DNA of 63,935 nucleotides, counting the filler, from Olpidium bornovanus S191 (lineage: Eukaryota; Fungi; Olpidiomycota), in the NCBI GenBank assembly GCA_017911155.1. It is 27 parts of 27 records of this genome, joined end to end, with 100 filler letters (N's around TTAATTAATTAA, not from the genome) between each part and the next. Parts side by side here need not be neighbours in the genome. Positions count along the whole stretch, not along the records: positions 25,261 to 28,839 come from JAEFCI010001202.1; positions 28,940 to 30,114 come from JAEFCI010007165.1; positions 30,215 to 32,658 come from JAEFCI010007725.1; positions 32,759 to 35,484 come from JAEFCI010011420.1; positions 35,585 to 40,944 come from JAEFCI010005573.1; 22 more parts are not named here. One strand, given 5' to 3'. Position numbers and translations under genes: made by a program. Positions within the stretch are counted from its first letter, which is position 1. Each line of letters starts with the position of its first letter. Shown in pieces: positions 26,684 to 37,635 of the stretch. Below the pieces are notes generated by a model. That model searched no databases. It had not been told where the DNA came from and saw only the letters and a program-made list of their open reading frames with translations.

Positions 26684-28839
26684 ATGCTCGCCCGTCCTGT
26701 TCTGCGCCGTGCGCAGCAGCGCTGCGTTCTGCCCGCCGCGGCGCTCTGCCCGCCGCCCCGCCAAGCGCGTCCGTGTCCACCGCCGTCGGCACCGTTTGCC
26801 GTCCGTTCCGAATGGCCTTCAGAATGCAGCTGCCGCCGCCTGTCCACCTCGGTCGCCCTTGACGTCGCCAGGCCGCTGCTCGACTGCGCGCGGCCGTCCT
26901 TCACGACGGGGGCTCTACGTCCGGTCGTTTCCTGTGCCGACGCCATAGGACCGATTCGCTGCGCGGCGCCTTTCCACTCTTCCGCTGCGCCATCGGCCCA
27001 CCTCAAGTTTCAGAAGGACCCCATGCTTTACTATAGGAAAATCGGCATCCTGCCCGAAGTGCGGGGATCCACGACCACCTGGTCCTTCTACTGGTACACG
27101 CCGCTCCCGGCTGACAAGCTCGAAGACCTTCGCCTGAGTATCCTTCGCATGTTCTTGCACCTGAGCGTCCGCGGCAGGCTCCACCTGGCACCTGACGGAA
27201 TCAGCGCACACATCTGCTGCCCGGACCGTAACCTTGGGAGGGTGACAAAGCACCTCGGTTTGGCCTTCCCCGACATACCAATGAACGTCCTGCATTGTTA
27301 CGAGGGCCAGCCCGACGGCGGGCCCAAGTTCACCACGCTCCATGTGCGCGCAAAGAAGCAGATCCTCAACGACGGGCTCAGCGAGGTGGACACCTCGGCA
27401 AACACCACTCCGCAGGCCAAGCATGTGTCGCCGGAAGAGTGGCACGCGATGGTGACATCCGAGATAGAACGGGCCAAACAGGAGGGGACTGAAAAGCCCT
27501 TGATTATTGAGTACGCCAGAACCTTGTGGGCACCTCGGCTGAGGCAACCGCAAGGCAAATTAGCACCTGGCTGCTGGGTTTCGTTGATTACGAACTGCCG
27601 AGCGGATCTGTTTACTTTCTGACTTTCCTTTGCTCAATCGGTCCGTTTCAGTTTGCGGAATCAATATGAGACGGCAGTACGTGGCCAATTATCTGCCTAT
27701 TTTCTAAACCCGTCCCGGTGTAACGGACAGCAGTGGCTTATACTTCTTTTTCAATATTATTAAGGTCGGAAGAGTAGATAATGCAGTGCTTTTCGATGCC
27801 AATACCTTCCGCGATCTTTTACCCTTGCTTCGGGATTTGTTTGCCAAGCGTTGCAAGCAAGATAAGAGACCGATCTTTTTCGTATGTTTGAATCTGCAAT
27901 TTTCGCCAATTCGTATTGTGCTTCCGTGGACGACCACTTACGGGAAATCCTTTCCGTTGGATAAAAATATTTGTTTTGAACCCCAAACAGTACTGTACTG
28001 TAAGCCTGTTGTGAAGAAAGTTGCTTTTCGTATCGCAATAGCGAGCCCATTGCGCTCGTTACTCTCCTACTGAACTGGTTCAACGTTGGGGTTTTTGTCC
28101 AACGGACGATTTGTGAACAGGGAGGGATCCGCTGCACGAGGGCTGGGTCTATTCTGGCCCAGGAAGGTTGGGATAATATAGTCGCGGTGAGTAGTAATAA
28201 CACAGTAACTTGAGGTGTCATCTCTTCAATATGTTCGCACCTGCTTATTAACCAATATTCTACAGATTGATGGGGGTATTACCGCTTACGGCCATTACTT
28301 GAAAAATAATCCGCGGGTCGTTCCGCTGTTCAAGGGCAAGAATTTCACGTACGCTTTGGATGGCGGACGGGTCGTATTATTGGAGTTCCTTATCTGTAAT
28401 TTTGACTGCTGACCCGGGTCGACCTGCCAGCTTCGATACCTCGCAGCTAATTACTGATGATGTGCTGGGCCGCTGCCAAACATGCCCGTTGAACGGTTAT
28501 GACGGGAAAAGCGAACCGGCAGCCGTTGACCTCTTTTCGAATTGCGCAAACCGGTATTGTCATATATTGTTCATCCAGGTATTTGCCAGTTTGCCAGTAA
28601 TTTACGTGCCGAGTAGAAAGGTTGTCATAATCTTATACGCTGTCGGTCTGTGACACCTTTATTTGCAGTGCGACCGGTGCCGACAGAGGACGTCCGGGAC
28701 GTGTGGCAGGAAGGAGGGCATGGATGCCGTTGGTGGTTCAGCAGCTGAAAGCCGTCGTATGACAGGTTAAGAATACCTGTCTCTGTAGTTCACCCGCGCA
28801 GCGAGAGGTTGTACATCGCGACACCGTTGCCAGAGAATC
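26684..28839 (+). CDS. trhO: TrhO/YceA (UPF0176) rhodanese-domain protein with a mitochondrial-type presequence; multi-exon, 3' truncated
   Basis: Spliced product TTTWSFYWY...RGRLHLAPDGISAHI, HVSPEEW, DLRNQYETAVGRVDNA, IFF-YCT-GGIRCTRAG, IDGGITAYG, FKGKNFTFD, GRCQTC, NCANRYCHILFIQCDRC. Every TrhO block is present and in order. Confidence 0.88.
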
Positions 28840-28939
28840 NNNNNNNNNNNNNNNNNNNNNNNNNNNNNNNNNNNNNNNNNNNNTTAATTAATTAANNNNN
28901 NNNNNNNNNNNNNNNNNNNNNNNNNNNNNNNNNNNNNNN

Positions 28940-30114
28940 AATCAACGTACACAGGGTCGTTTGTGTTCTCATCAGCAGAGGTTGTAGCTTGGACATGCGC
29001 ATGAGAGGTCGTGAGGAGCGCGATGGCTGCATGTGCTTCGGCATCAGGTTGGGTATTTTGTGTAGGTCGAACGGGCGCCCGGTTGGCTGGTGCGGGATTT
29101 GTGGCGGGCGGAACCTGGTGATCACGCTTTGGACGACTGCGGCATTTCGTGGCGAAATGTTTATTCTTTCCGCAACGCTTGCAAGTGACATCCGCGTATG
29201 CGATGATGGTCCCGTCCCGCGCTTTGAAATGAGTGCGCTTGTCATATTCCCTTTTCGGAGATAAAGAGGAAGAGGTCTTTGTGAGGTTAGCAAATGCCGG
29301 TGTCGGGGCCCAAATGGTTGCCAGCTGGATCGACGCCTTGCTATTAAATAGAGTCCATCGATTTCCCTTCCCGTATGGGGGGGTCGACTTGCTTAAATCC
29401 ATCGCCTTTTCCTTTTGCTTAAATCGATTGCTTTTCCCTTTCGATTCTTTTGTTTTGAATTTCCTCCCCCCCCCTTTTTTCCTCCTTTTCTACGTCCACG
29501 CTTCTACCACTACGCGCAAAAATTCCCCCGACGCCAAAACGTCAAAAGAAAAGAGAGCGAAGTCGAAATTGCCGTCGGGCATTTGGAGGAAAGGGGTTGG
29601 AGTCGAAAGCTGCCATCGGGCAGCCCGAAGTCGAAGGAGATAAGTTTGGAACGTTTTTATGTGCCATCGGGCCAGGAGTAGAAGCGTCCGTCCGCGTGCT
29701 GGTCCTTTTGCGACCTTCGAAGAAGAAGCGTCCCGTCTCCCCTCGTCCTGCCCCCTTTTCGCAACCCGTCCCCCCCCCCTTCTGTTACGCGCGAGCCCCC
29801 GGCGGGTTCGGCTCCGCAACCTGCCATCCCATCCCCCGTCCCATCGATCGCCCTTCGCCCTACTCTCCCCGACGACGAGAGGGCTCCACCAAGGCGTTTC
29901 GATCTCGACACCGGTCGGGGCCATTTAACATGTTGCGCAAACTTCACGGCTGCATCCTGAGTGGCTTGGAGGGTTAGTGGCTCATACGCAAGGTACAAAT
30001 ATTTTTCTTTCATGGCGTCCGGCAAACCCTGTTTGAACCTGGTTATCCAAGTTTTATCTCGGTCGTTTGTGTCCGGGAGTTGCACATAAAGCGCATTAAA
30101 CGCGTCGATATAGC
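28940..30114 (-). mobile_element. Degenerate LTR-retrotransposon gag fragment
   Basis: YIDAFNALYVQLPD...WITRFKQGLPDAMKEK...PLTLQATQDAAVKF (retrotransposon gag core) and a zinc knuckle CKRCGKNKHFATKC, separated by a frame change and stops. Confidence 0.8.
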
Positions 30115-30225
30115 NNNNNNNNNNNNNNNNNNNNNNNNNNNNNNNNNNNNNNNNNNNNTTAATTAATTAANNNNNNNNNNNNNNNNNNNNNNNNNNNNNN
30201 NNNNNNNNNNNNNNCATGCAACGTG

Positions 30226-30360
30226 TTACGTGCACAACTGTTGTGGTCTCACAGGACCTGTGCCCAGGGAAGAGCAGTCTTGCAGGACTGCTTACATTAC
30301 GTGCGCAACGGTTGTGGTCTTACAGGACCTGCGCCCAGGGAAGGCCGGTATTGCAGGACC
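30226..30360. repeat. Two-copy 71-bp tandem repeat
   Basis: ttacgtgc.caac.gttgtggtct.acaggacctg.gcccagggaag...ttgcaggac starts at 30226 and at 30297. Confidence 0.9.
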
Positions 30361-30816
30361 GTGCCCAAGTTCCGAGTGGCTCAGAAATTCTCCGAAATCC
30401 ACCGAAGGCACGAAAACCAACAGAAAGCAATGAAAAGCAACAGTTGCGGCAGTTGCCCACATTACTGACTAAAAAAATAGGTACTCCGTGCTTAACACAT
30501 GACCATGACCGAAGATCGGTCTCGCAGGACCGGTGCCCACATTTCCACCAGTCTTGGTGTAATCAAGTTCCGAGCGGCTCGAAGAATCAACGCCACACCA
30601 AAGAAGCAAAAGTTTTCCGAGCAGCTCAGAAGAATCGCCCATCACACGCCTTTAAGCGGCTCGGAAGTCCGAGGTGCTCCTTGTATCCTTAGGAATCCGG
30701 CGCCCGCCTGGATGTCGAAGATTTTAATTTTAATTTCCAAAGCTTCGGGAAATTTGGAATTCAAAAAAGGTCACACGACTGAAAAACGAAGGTCGTTGGG
30801 CACCTCTGTTAACCAC

Positions 30817-31205
30817 TCATCCATCGACGACGCTCTCGCCCTCCGAAACGTCTGTTTCATCTTTGACTTGCAAATCGCTTGGACCGACGAGCAGGGTCGC
30901 CCTGACGCCGATGCTTTGCAGGAAGGTCCGCATCTCTTCTGTGAAGTCTTCATGGCGGACAACAACATACGCCTTCCCGCTTGGGTCCCTTGGAAGCGCA
31001 GCATCGTGAATGTGTTCGGAAGTTTCGTAGTTGAACTTGCTAATTTTTTTCCATTCGTCGGGCGTGTAAAATTGTGGGAGAGGCGTGTTGATGAGGGGTG
31101 CACCTTTTTTAATCAGCTTCCGGAAGCCGTCGGGTTCCGGAACAGTATGCGTCACAACAGCTGTGATGTAGTTCCAGCGTTTGCCCTCCTCGCCACAGCT
31201 TCGCC
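30817..31205 (-). CDS. Uncharacterised ORF or exon, divergent from SRP40
   Basis: Open frame ...RWNYITAVVTHTVPEPDGFRKLIKKGAPLINTPLPQFYTPDEWKK...VVDG*. Its composition looks globular; no family recognised. Confidence 0.35.
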
Positions 31206-31401
31206 CTCAAAACGTCACCGATGGTGGGTTGACGATATGACCACCTGAACGAGTAGAAGGTGGCAAGTTTTTGGGCGAGGGCGTCGAGGTGTGTGGCGTC
31301 GGCCCCCCCCCCCGCCCCGGCCCAGAGAGAGCGGAGCGAGCGGAAAAGCCAAAAGAAAACGACGGCGGAGAAAAAAAAAAGCCAAACAGCCTGCCTGGCA
31401 A

Positions 31402-32604
31402 ATGCCGCCCACCGAACACACCGCACGCCGGCGCTGCAAGCCGCGCGAAGTTGAGGCCGCCGCCGAAAGCCCGTCTGCCCCGGAGCCGAAACCCGCGTTC
31501 CCGCAGGAACTCTACCGCGCGGTGTACGATTTTCTGCGCCACTCGGCGAGGCTGAAGAAAACCGCGCGGGCGTTCAGAGAGGAGGCCAAGGGGGTGCGTT
31601 GTCCCTTCCGGCCCTTTTGTGTGAGCGCCGCCTCTGGCGCTCCGCCGCCGTCGTAGAGGACGCCCCCCGCGCGCGCGCGCGAAGGGAAGCGGTTGGACTT
31701 TTCTGGATTTTTTTTTTTTTTTTTTGCAAACTGAAACACCTCGCTTTGCAGAGGTTCGACCACGGAGCGAAGACCAGTGCGAACAAAACGCTACCGCGGT
31801 TGTGGAAGACCATAGACGTGGAACCGGACGAGAACAGCCGTGCCAACGGTGGCACCGGTGAGTCAAACGGACGGCCACCGTCAATCCAGGTCGCTTTGAA
31901 TTTTTGGATGCGTCGTGACGAGACTGACCGAAAATGCGACGCCGCCGACCGCTCCTGGTATTCAGACAAACGTCGCAGAAACAGTGACACTCCTGACGAC
32001 CGTGGCTCCGACAGAAGTGAGTGTCGAAACGGAAGGCGACGACGGCCGCGCTTTGGAAAATTTGATCGCGCGACGACCTCAAGCTGCCCTTCACGCACAC
32101 ACCACTTTTTGCATTTTCTTCTAGGCAAGCGTCGTAAGCTTCGAAAAGTTCCGGACGAAGACGGCGGCGACGCCGGTGAGTCGAAAGGCGGGCCAGATTG
32201 GTTTTGGGGGTTCCAGATTCGTTTTGGGGGGTGGCGACGGCGAAGCCGAAAGGGGGACCAGATTCGTTTTGTGGGTTGGCGACGGCGAAGCCGAAAGGCG
32301 GGCCAGATTCGTTTTGTGGTTGGCGACGGCGAAGCCGAAAGGCGGGCCAGACTCGTTTTGTGGTTGGCGACGGCGAAGCTCACCGACGTAAGGTTGTCGC
32401 TTGCTTTCTTCCTGCGCGTCAGCCAAGCGTTGTGAGGTCAACGGCGTTCTGGACGTGGATGGTAGCAACATCGGTAAGTATAGAGGCGCGTCTCGCGCCC
32501 CCCGTGTTGCACTGGATTCCTCGGTTTGCCGACGGCCTTGCTGACCGCAGGGAACGCCCGTTGGCTGCTGCTGGTGGCTCAGACAAAGGTCAGAACGTCG
32601 AGGA
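31402..32604 (+). CDS. SRP40: Srp40/Nopp140-like nucleolar protein, 5' exons (LisH domain)
   Basis: LisH ELYRAVYDFLRHSARLKKTARAFREEAK. The contig end overlaps the contig carrying SRP40_C (see 45110-45885). Confidence 0.8.
32180..32380. repeat. Intronic 44-45-bp tandem repeat, about 4.5 copies
   Basis: Unit tggcgacggcgaagccgaaaggcgggccagattcgttttgtggt starts at 32232, 32277, 32321 and 32365. Confidence 0.93.
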
Positions 32605-33534
32605 CGCCGTAACGTGAGTCGTGTGTGGCGCAAATCACGGCGACATTGTGGCTGCATGNNNNNNNNNNNNNNNNNNNNNNNNNNNNNNNNNNNNNNNNNN
32701 NNTTAATTAATTAANNNNNNNNNNNNNNNNNNNNNNNNNNNNNNNNNNNNNNNNNNNNCATGACAGCCCGACGCCGTCAAGGACTGCCGCGAGAAAAACG
32801 CCAGGTTCAGGACGTGATCGTTCACGTACTGAACTTGGCGTTTCGCATCCGAAGCGGTGCAGGTCGCGTAAACGATAGTCAAATCTTATTCGTTTAAGCT
32901 GGTCAGGTCAGCCACGTACGCTGGAGCTGGTGCAGCGCGGGATGCAGCGTTGATTGGTTGAGTGGTGCGTTGGTGAGTTGAGAGAGCGACGTTGCAACAC
33001 TGCCCCCCGCCGATAAGCGGGCGTCATCAGCAAACACAAGAAGTGTGCCCTCAGAAAGGACACTTCAGGCCAAATGCTCACGGACGGCTCGTCGTCTACT
33101 GGCATTGAGAACGGTCGGATCGCAATGTGCGCTAATGTGGTGCTCGGGGGAACAGCTGGGTGGGCGTGCGCGGTCATAACAGACGACTGCACGCAGCCCT
33201 GCCGCGTCGAACACGAAGGGACCCGACCACGCCGCAAACAGCGGACGCGTCTGCCGCCGATGCCCGCCAGCTGCGCTCCGCCCCGCGAGCCTGCAACAGC
33301 GGCCGCCGCAAAGAAAGGACGGCCGGCACCACGGGGTCGAGCTGTAGGAAACGTGGGTGATCGGGCGACCATACGAAGAACGGGAACTGCTTGTGTTTCC
33401 GCAGTGGCGCCAGCCGGGTTCCGCGACTCGGAGAACGTACCGGGTGTAGTTGGCGATAACGACTGTTATAATTACGTTGAGATGCTAAAAGCGGACAGAA
33501 GCCCGTCGGGCCGCGCAATGCCAAACCTCGCTTA

Positions 33535-35484
33535 TCAACCGAAGGTCTGCGAGGTTCGACCACCCCGGCGAACTTTCGAAAGACGCCACTCGTCTGCGGC
33601 AAAGGTGAGGGGGTAGAAAGGGCCAAAAAAATTATCAAAAGCCAAGGTTAGCGAACGAACCGCGTCTGCAGATACCCGCCCACTATTTCCGCCGCGCCCC
33701 GCCGTCACCACCCAAAAACGAGCTACCGCAGGCCGACCTTTCTTCTCGTATCTGTTGTACAGCGGTTCGATTTTCTCCATCCGCTTGCGTTTGCTGATCT
33801 TATTTGCGTCGGCGACCTTGAAGAACGTGGGCGCAACTTCGGTGAGCCACTTGGGTTCGATGGCAGTTACCTCGCGCATGTACTCCTTGGTGGTGAGCAC
33901 CAGCTCGTGGTAGATGACCCACTCCGGGTTCTTGTTGAACAGGGCCGAAGACGGATGTATATAGACGGGGGTGCCCTCGACCAGCGTCTTGTAGCCTTCC
34001 TGGGGGTCTTTCTTCGCCGCGTGCCGGAAGAACCCCGAGCAGATGGCCCGACGGACCTTGTTGTAGTTTCGCCCGCACGAGACCACGTCTTGCTTGTAAC
34101 GGTCCATAATGCCCAGCAGCTGCTTGCGGATGTCCTGTGCCCGACGCATCGATCGACCCTGGATGTAGTTCTCGAAGCACCAAGCGTTCGAGAACTTGGC
34201 CGCCTTCCAACCGTTGTACACAGTCAGCAGCGTCAAATGGTCGCCCTCCGGCTGAAAGAATTTTGCTTTCTTATGGTCCGCCACCGACTGTTTCTCCTTC
34301 GGCCGGTACCACACGTTGCCCGCCGTGAGCATCGCCACGATGGTAAGGATCTCCTCAGAGCACCCAATATCCGCAGACATTATTAGCATCTTGGACAGCG
34401 GCGGATCCAGCGGGAACTCGGCCATCCGCCGGCCAAGCCGTGTCAGAAGGCCCTCCGTGTCCAGCGCGGAGAGCGCGTAGAGCTGCTCCATCGCCGTAAT
34501 GAGCGTCTGCGGCGGTGGCGGGTCCATGAAGTCGAAATGCAGAAGGTCGTTGATACCCATCGCCTTGAGCGTCAGAACCGTGTTCGACAGGTTCTGACGC
34601 TGGATCTCCGGGATCGAACTCGGCAGCATCTCATTTCGGTAGCTTGCCTCCGTGTACAGTCGGTAGCACTTGCCGGGTCCCGTTCGCCCGGCACGGCCCG
34701 CCCGCTGCCGCGCCTGCGCTTGGCTAATCGGTGTCACAACCAGCGAGTCCATTCCCAGCTTCGGGTCGTACGCATTCTGCTTCACGAAACCAGGGTCCAC
34801 CACGTAGTAGACGCCGTCTATCGTGATGCTCGTTTCAGCGATGTTCGTGGCCAGCACTACCTTGCGCGCGCCGGGAGCCGCCGGCTCGAAAATACGACTC
34901 TGCATCTCCGACGGAAGCGCCGAGTACACGGGCAGGATGATCAGTTCCGGAACCATCGGTCCTAACGCTTTCATCCGCTCATACAGGATCTCGCATGCAG
35001 TATCGATCTCCTCTTGACCCGTCAGAAAAAGGAGAATGTCTCCGGGAGGTTCTGACAAATGAATCTGCATAATTGTGATTAATGCTGCGTCGAGATAGTC
35101 CGATTCCGGGTCCTTGGTGTATAAAATCTCAACCGGGTATGTTCGTCCCGGGATCGTGAAGATCGGGCAACCTGCATGCCATCGAGACGCCAGAAGAAGT
35201 CCCGGTGAACATGGCAAGGTGATAAGAGGAGGTTGAACCGACTTAAACGAAAACTCCGCTACCTACCAAAAAAGTACGAAGAAAACTTTTCCGCGTCAAG
35301 TGTCGCCGACGTCACAATAATTTTCAGGTCCTTTCGTCGCTTGACCGTTTCTAACAACACACAGGAGAAATACAATATCCTCAGCTACAAATATAGAACG
35401 AAGTGATCCAAACTCACTCGACTATAAAAGTAACTCACTTTTCAGCAACCCGAACAAAACGTCCGTTGCGATCGTTCTCTCATG
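33535..35484 (-). CDS. PRP22: DEAH-box splicing helicase Prp22/DHX8, C-terminal part
   Basis: [73 protein letters not shown]2 and OB-fold regions; ends GGRTSQTFG*. Confidence 0.97.
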
Positions 35485-35761
35485 NNNNNNNNNNNNNNNN
35501 NNNNNNNNNNNNNNNNNNNNNNNNNNNNTTAATTAATTAANNNNNNNNNNNNNNNNNNNNNNNNNNNNNNNNNNNNNNNNNNNNAAAAAAAAAAAAACGG
35601 GTGGAAACAAACCACGCCCCTCCATATTCTGCTCCCCCCGTCCTCCGCGCCGCGCCTGGCCAAATGTCGCTGCTGCCTTTCCTCGCAGGTCCCTCCGCCG
35701 CGGGCGAGGCGGAGCTCGACGCTCTGTTCAGGAACAGCGTGGGTGCCTTTTTGCTTGCCCT

Positions 35762-35824
<63 letters not shown>

Positions 35825-35838
35825 CGCCGCCCCCCCCC

Positions 35839-35869
<31 letters not shown>

Positions 35870-35997
35870 ACCCCCCGAACCCTCCGCGCCCTCACGAAAT
35901 GGCTCCTCCACCCCACTGGGGTTTTCCGACTTCTCTCCGGCTCTCTCTCTCTCTCTCTCTCTCTCCCTCTCTCTCCCTCCCTCTCTTTCGCCCCCAC

Positions 35998-37039
35998 CTT
36001 GCCCGATAATCTCCTGCGGGACTCCGTACTTTTTTGGCAGGGATAATTCCGACTTGCTCCTCCGCATCGCCGTCAGGTGCTTCCGTATCTTTTTGCCCTC
36101 GTGGTGGTGGTGGTGGTCATGTTGGTGCTGGTGGCACTCCTCGCTGCCGGCGCAGCTCTTCAGGTGGTCCACGTAGACTTGGGGAAAATAGAGCTTGTGG
36201 GTGTGGGCCGGCGGCGAGCCCTGCCACGAGGCCACCGATTCCGTCGAGGCGTCGGACGCGTCCCCCGAAGCCGAGTCGGCGGCGGCGGCGGCCGTGACGA
36301 ACTCGAACTCCTCCAGCCTGCTGGAAACGGTCGCGAAGTGGTGGTCGTCGGCGTGGGAGGAGACGGAGGAGAGGACGGAGGCCTGCTTCTGGCTGTGGTG
36401 CTGGTGTTGGCTGCGGGCTTTGAGGAACGTCGGTTTCTTCCTGGGGATTGTGGCGAAGTGGGAGACCCTCGTCATCTCGTCCCCGGAGGACTCCGGCGGC
36501 GGGTCGGCGCGGAGGAGGGGGAGGTCGGCGGCTGCGGCTGCGGCGGCGGCGGCGGCGGCGGCCGCCGCGGGGTCGCTGGGCATGGACGATCTCCGCTGCG
36601 GGCGGCGCCTGCTGTGGAACATCCTCTCGAGAGCGGCGTTCAGCTTCGTGCCGCGCTTGCCGCTCACCGGCGCCGCCGCCGCCGCCGCCTTGTCCGGGGA
36701 GGCCCCGCTCCGCGGCGCCCGCGCCGTCCCGCCGCCGGCGGACACCGGCCGCTTTGCCACATCGCCGCCGCCGCCGCCTCCCGGACCGGAGCTTCCTCCT
36801 CCTCCTCGTCGTCCCCCTCCTCCTCCTAATCCACCTCCCCCTCCACATCCGCCTCCGCCTCCGCCTCCGCCTCCGCCTCCACCTCCACCTCCTCCCAAGG
36901 ACCCGGAGGGCTTCTTCTCCCCGCCCGGCCACTTCACGTCCGACCAGCTGTCGGAGGCGATGTCCGGCCCGTCAGATCGCCAGCCGTGCTTCGGGATCGA
37001 GGTGCCGTGCCGAAGGAGGAAACCGCGATCGTCCGGCAT
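35998..37039 (-). CDS. N-terminal exon of a probable HAL/Npr1/Hrk1-family Ser/Thr kinase
   Basis: A long low-complexity ORF with a His tract ends SKSELSLPKKYGVPQEIIGQG|GT, resembling the start of kinase subdomain I in this family. The catalytic core is not on the contig. Confidence 0.45.
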
Positions 37040-37159
37040 CTCTCATTTGCGTGTAGATTCGGCGGGTTGGGAAAAAGGGAAAAAGCGGGGGGCGGGGGGA
37101 GGAGGGGTGGTGTGTGTGTGTGTGTGTGTGTGTGTTCGCAGCGGGCGCCCGGCGCGCAC

Positions 37160-37604
37160 CATGATCCCTTGCAAGCCGCGCGCTCCGGTGTTCTTCGTTA
37201 TTGCCATCGCGGCGATCTCCCGAAGCGCCGGCTGCGTCACCCGGAGCTTTACGTTGCTCCACAGGAACTGGCCCTCCAGCTGCATGGTATTCGAATCGGG
37301 AACAGGGGATTCGGCGCGGTGTTACCCAGAGTTACTGAACCTTTTTCTTGACCCCGGGGAAACGTTTTTGCAACCGCGTCCGGAAAAAAAAAAATCAAAT
37401 CCGGAACGCAAAAAAAGAAACGGTGCTCGCGACCAGCTCACCTGTCGGAGGAGAGCATTTCGCGGCTGGAAAACGGTGTGGGCCGGGGGGAGGGAGGTGG
37501 GGGGTGACGGAGCGCAGCGATTCGCGTCATTCACTCCGTCCGAAGACGATGATGTTTTCCCCCCGCGCGACCAAGAACTTGTGTCGAAGGGGGAGAAGGA
37601 GGGG

Positions 37605-37635
<31 letters not shown>

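Noticed and set aside
32180-32380. The 44-bp, 71-bp, 31-bp and 85-bp repeats as CRISPR arrays
   Set aside because: They are head-to-tail with no unique spacers and no cas genes, in a eukaryotic and partly intronic context.
35529-36009. Poly-Pro, poly-Gly, poly-Lys and poly-Phe ORFs here and elsewhere (5439, 14880, 24433, 40802, 62250)
   Set aside because: They are translations of homopolymer or microsatellite tracts, often running into the N spacer.
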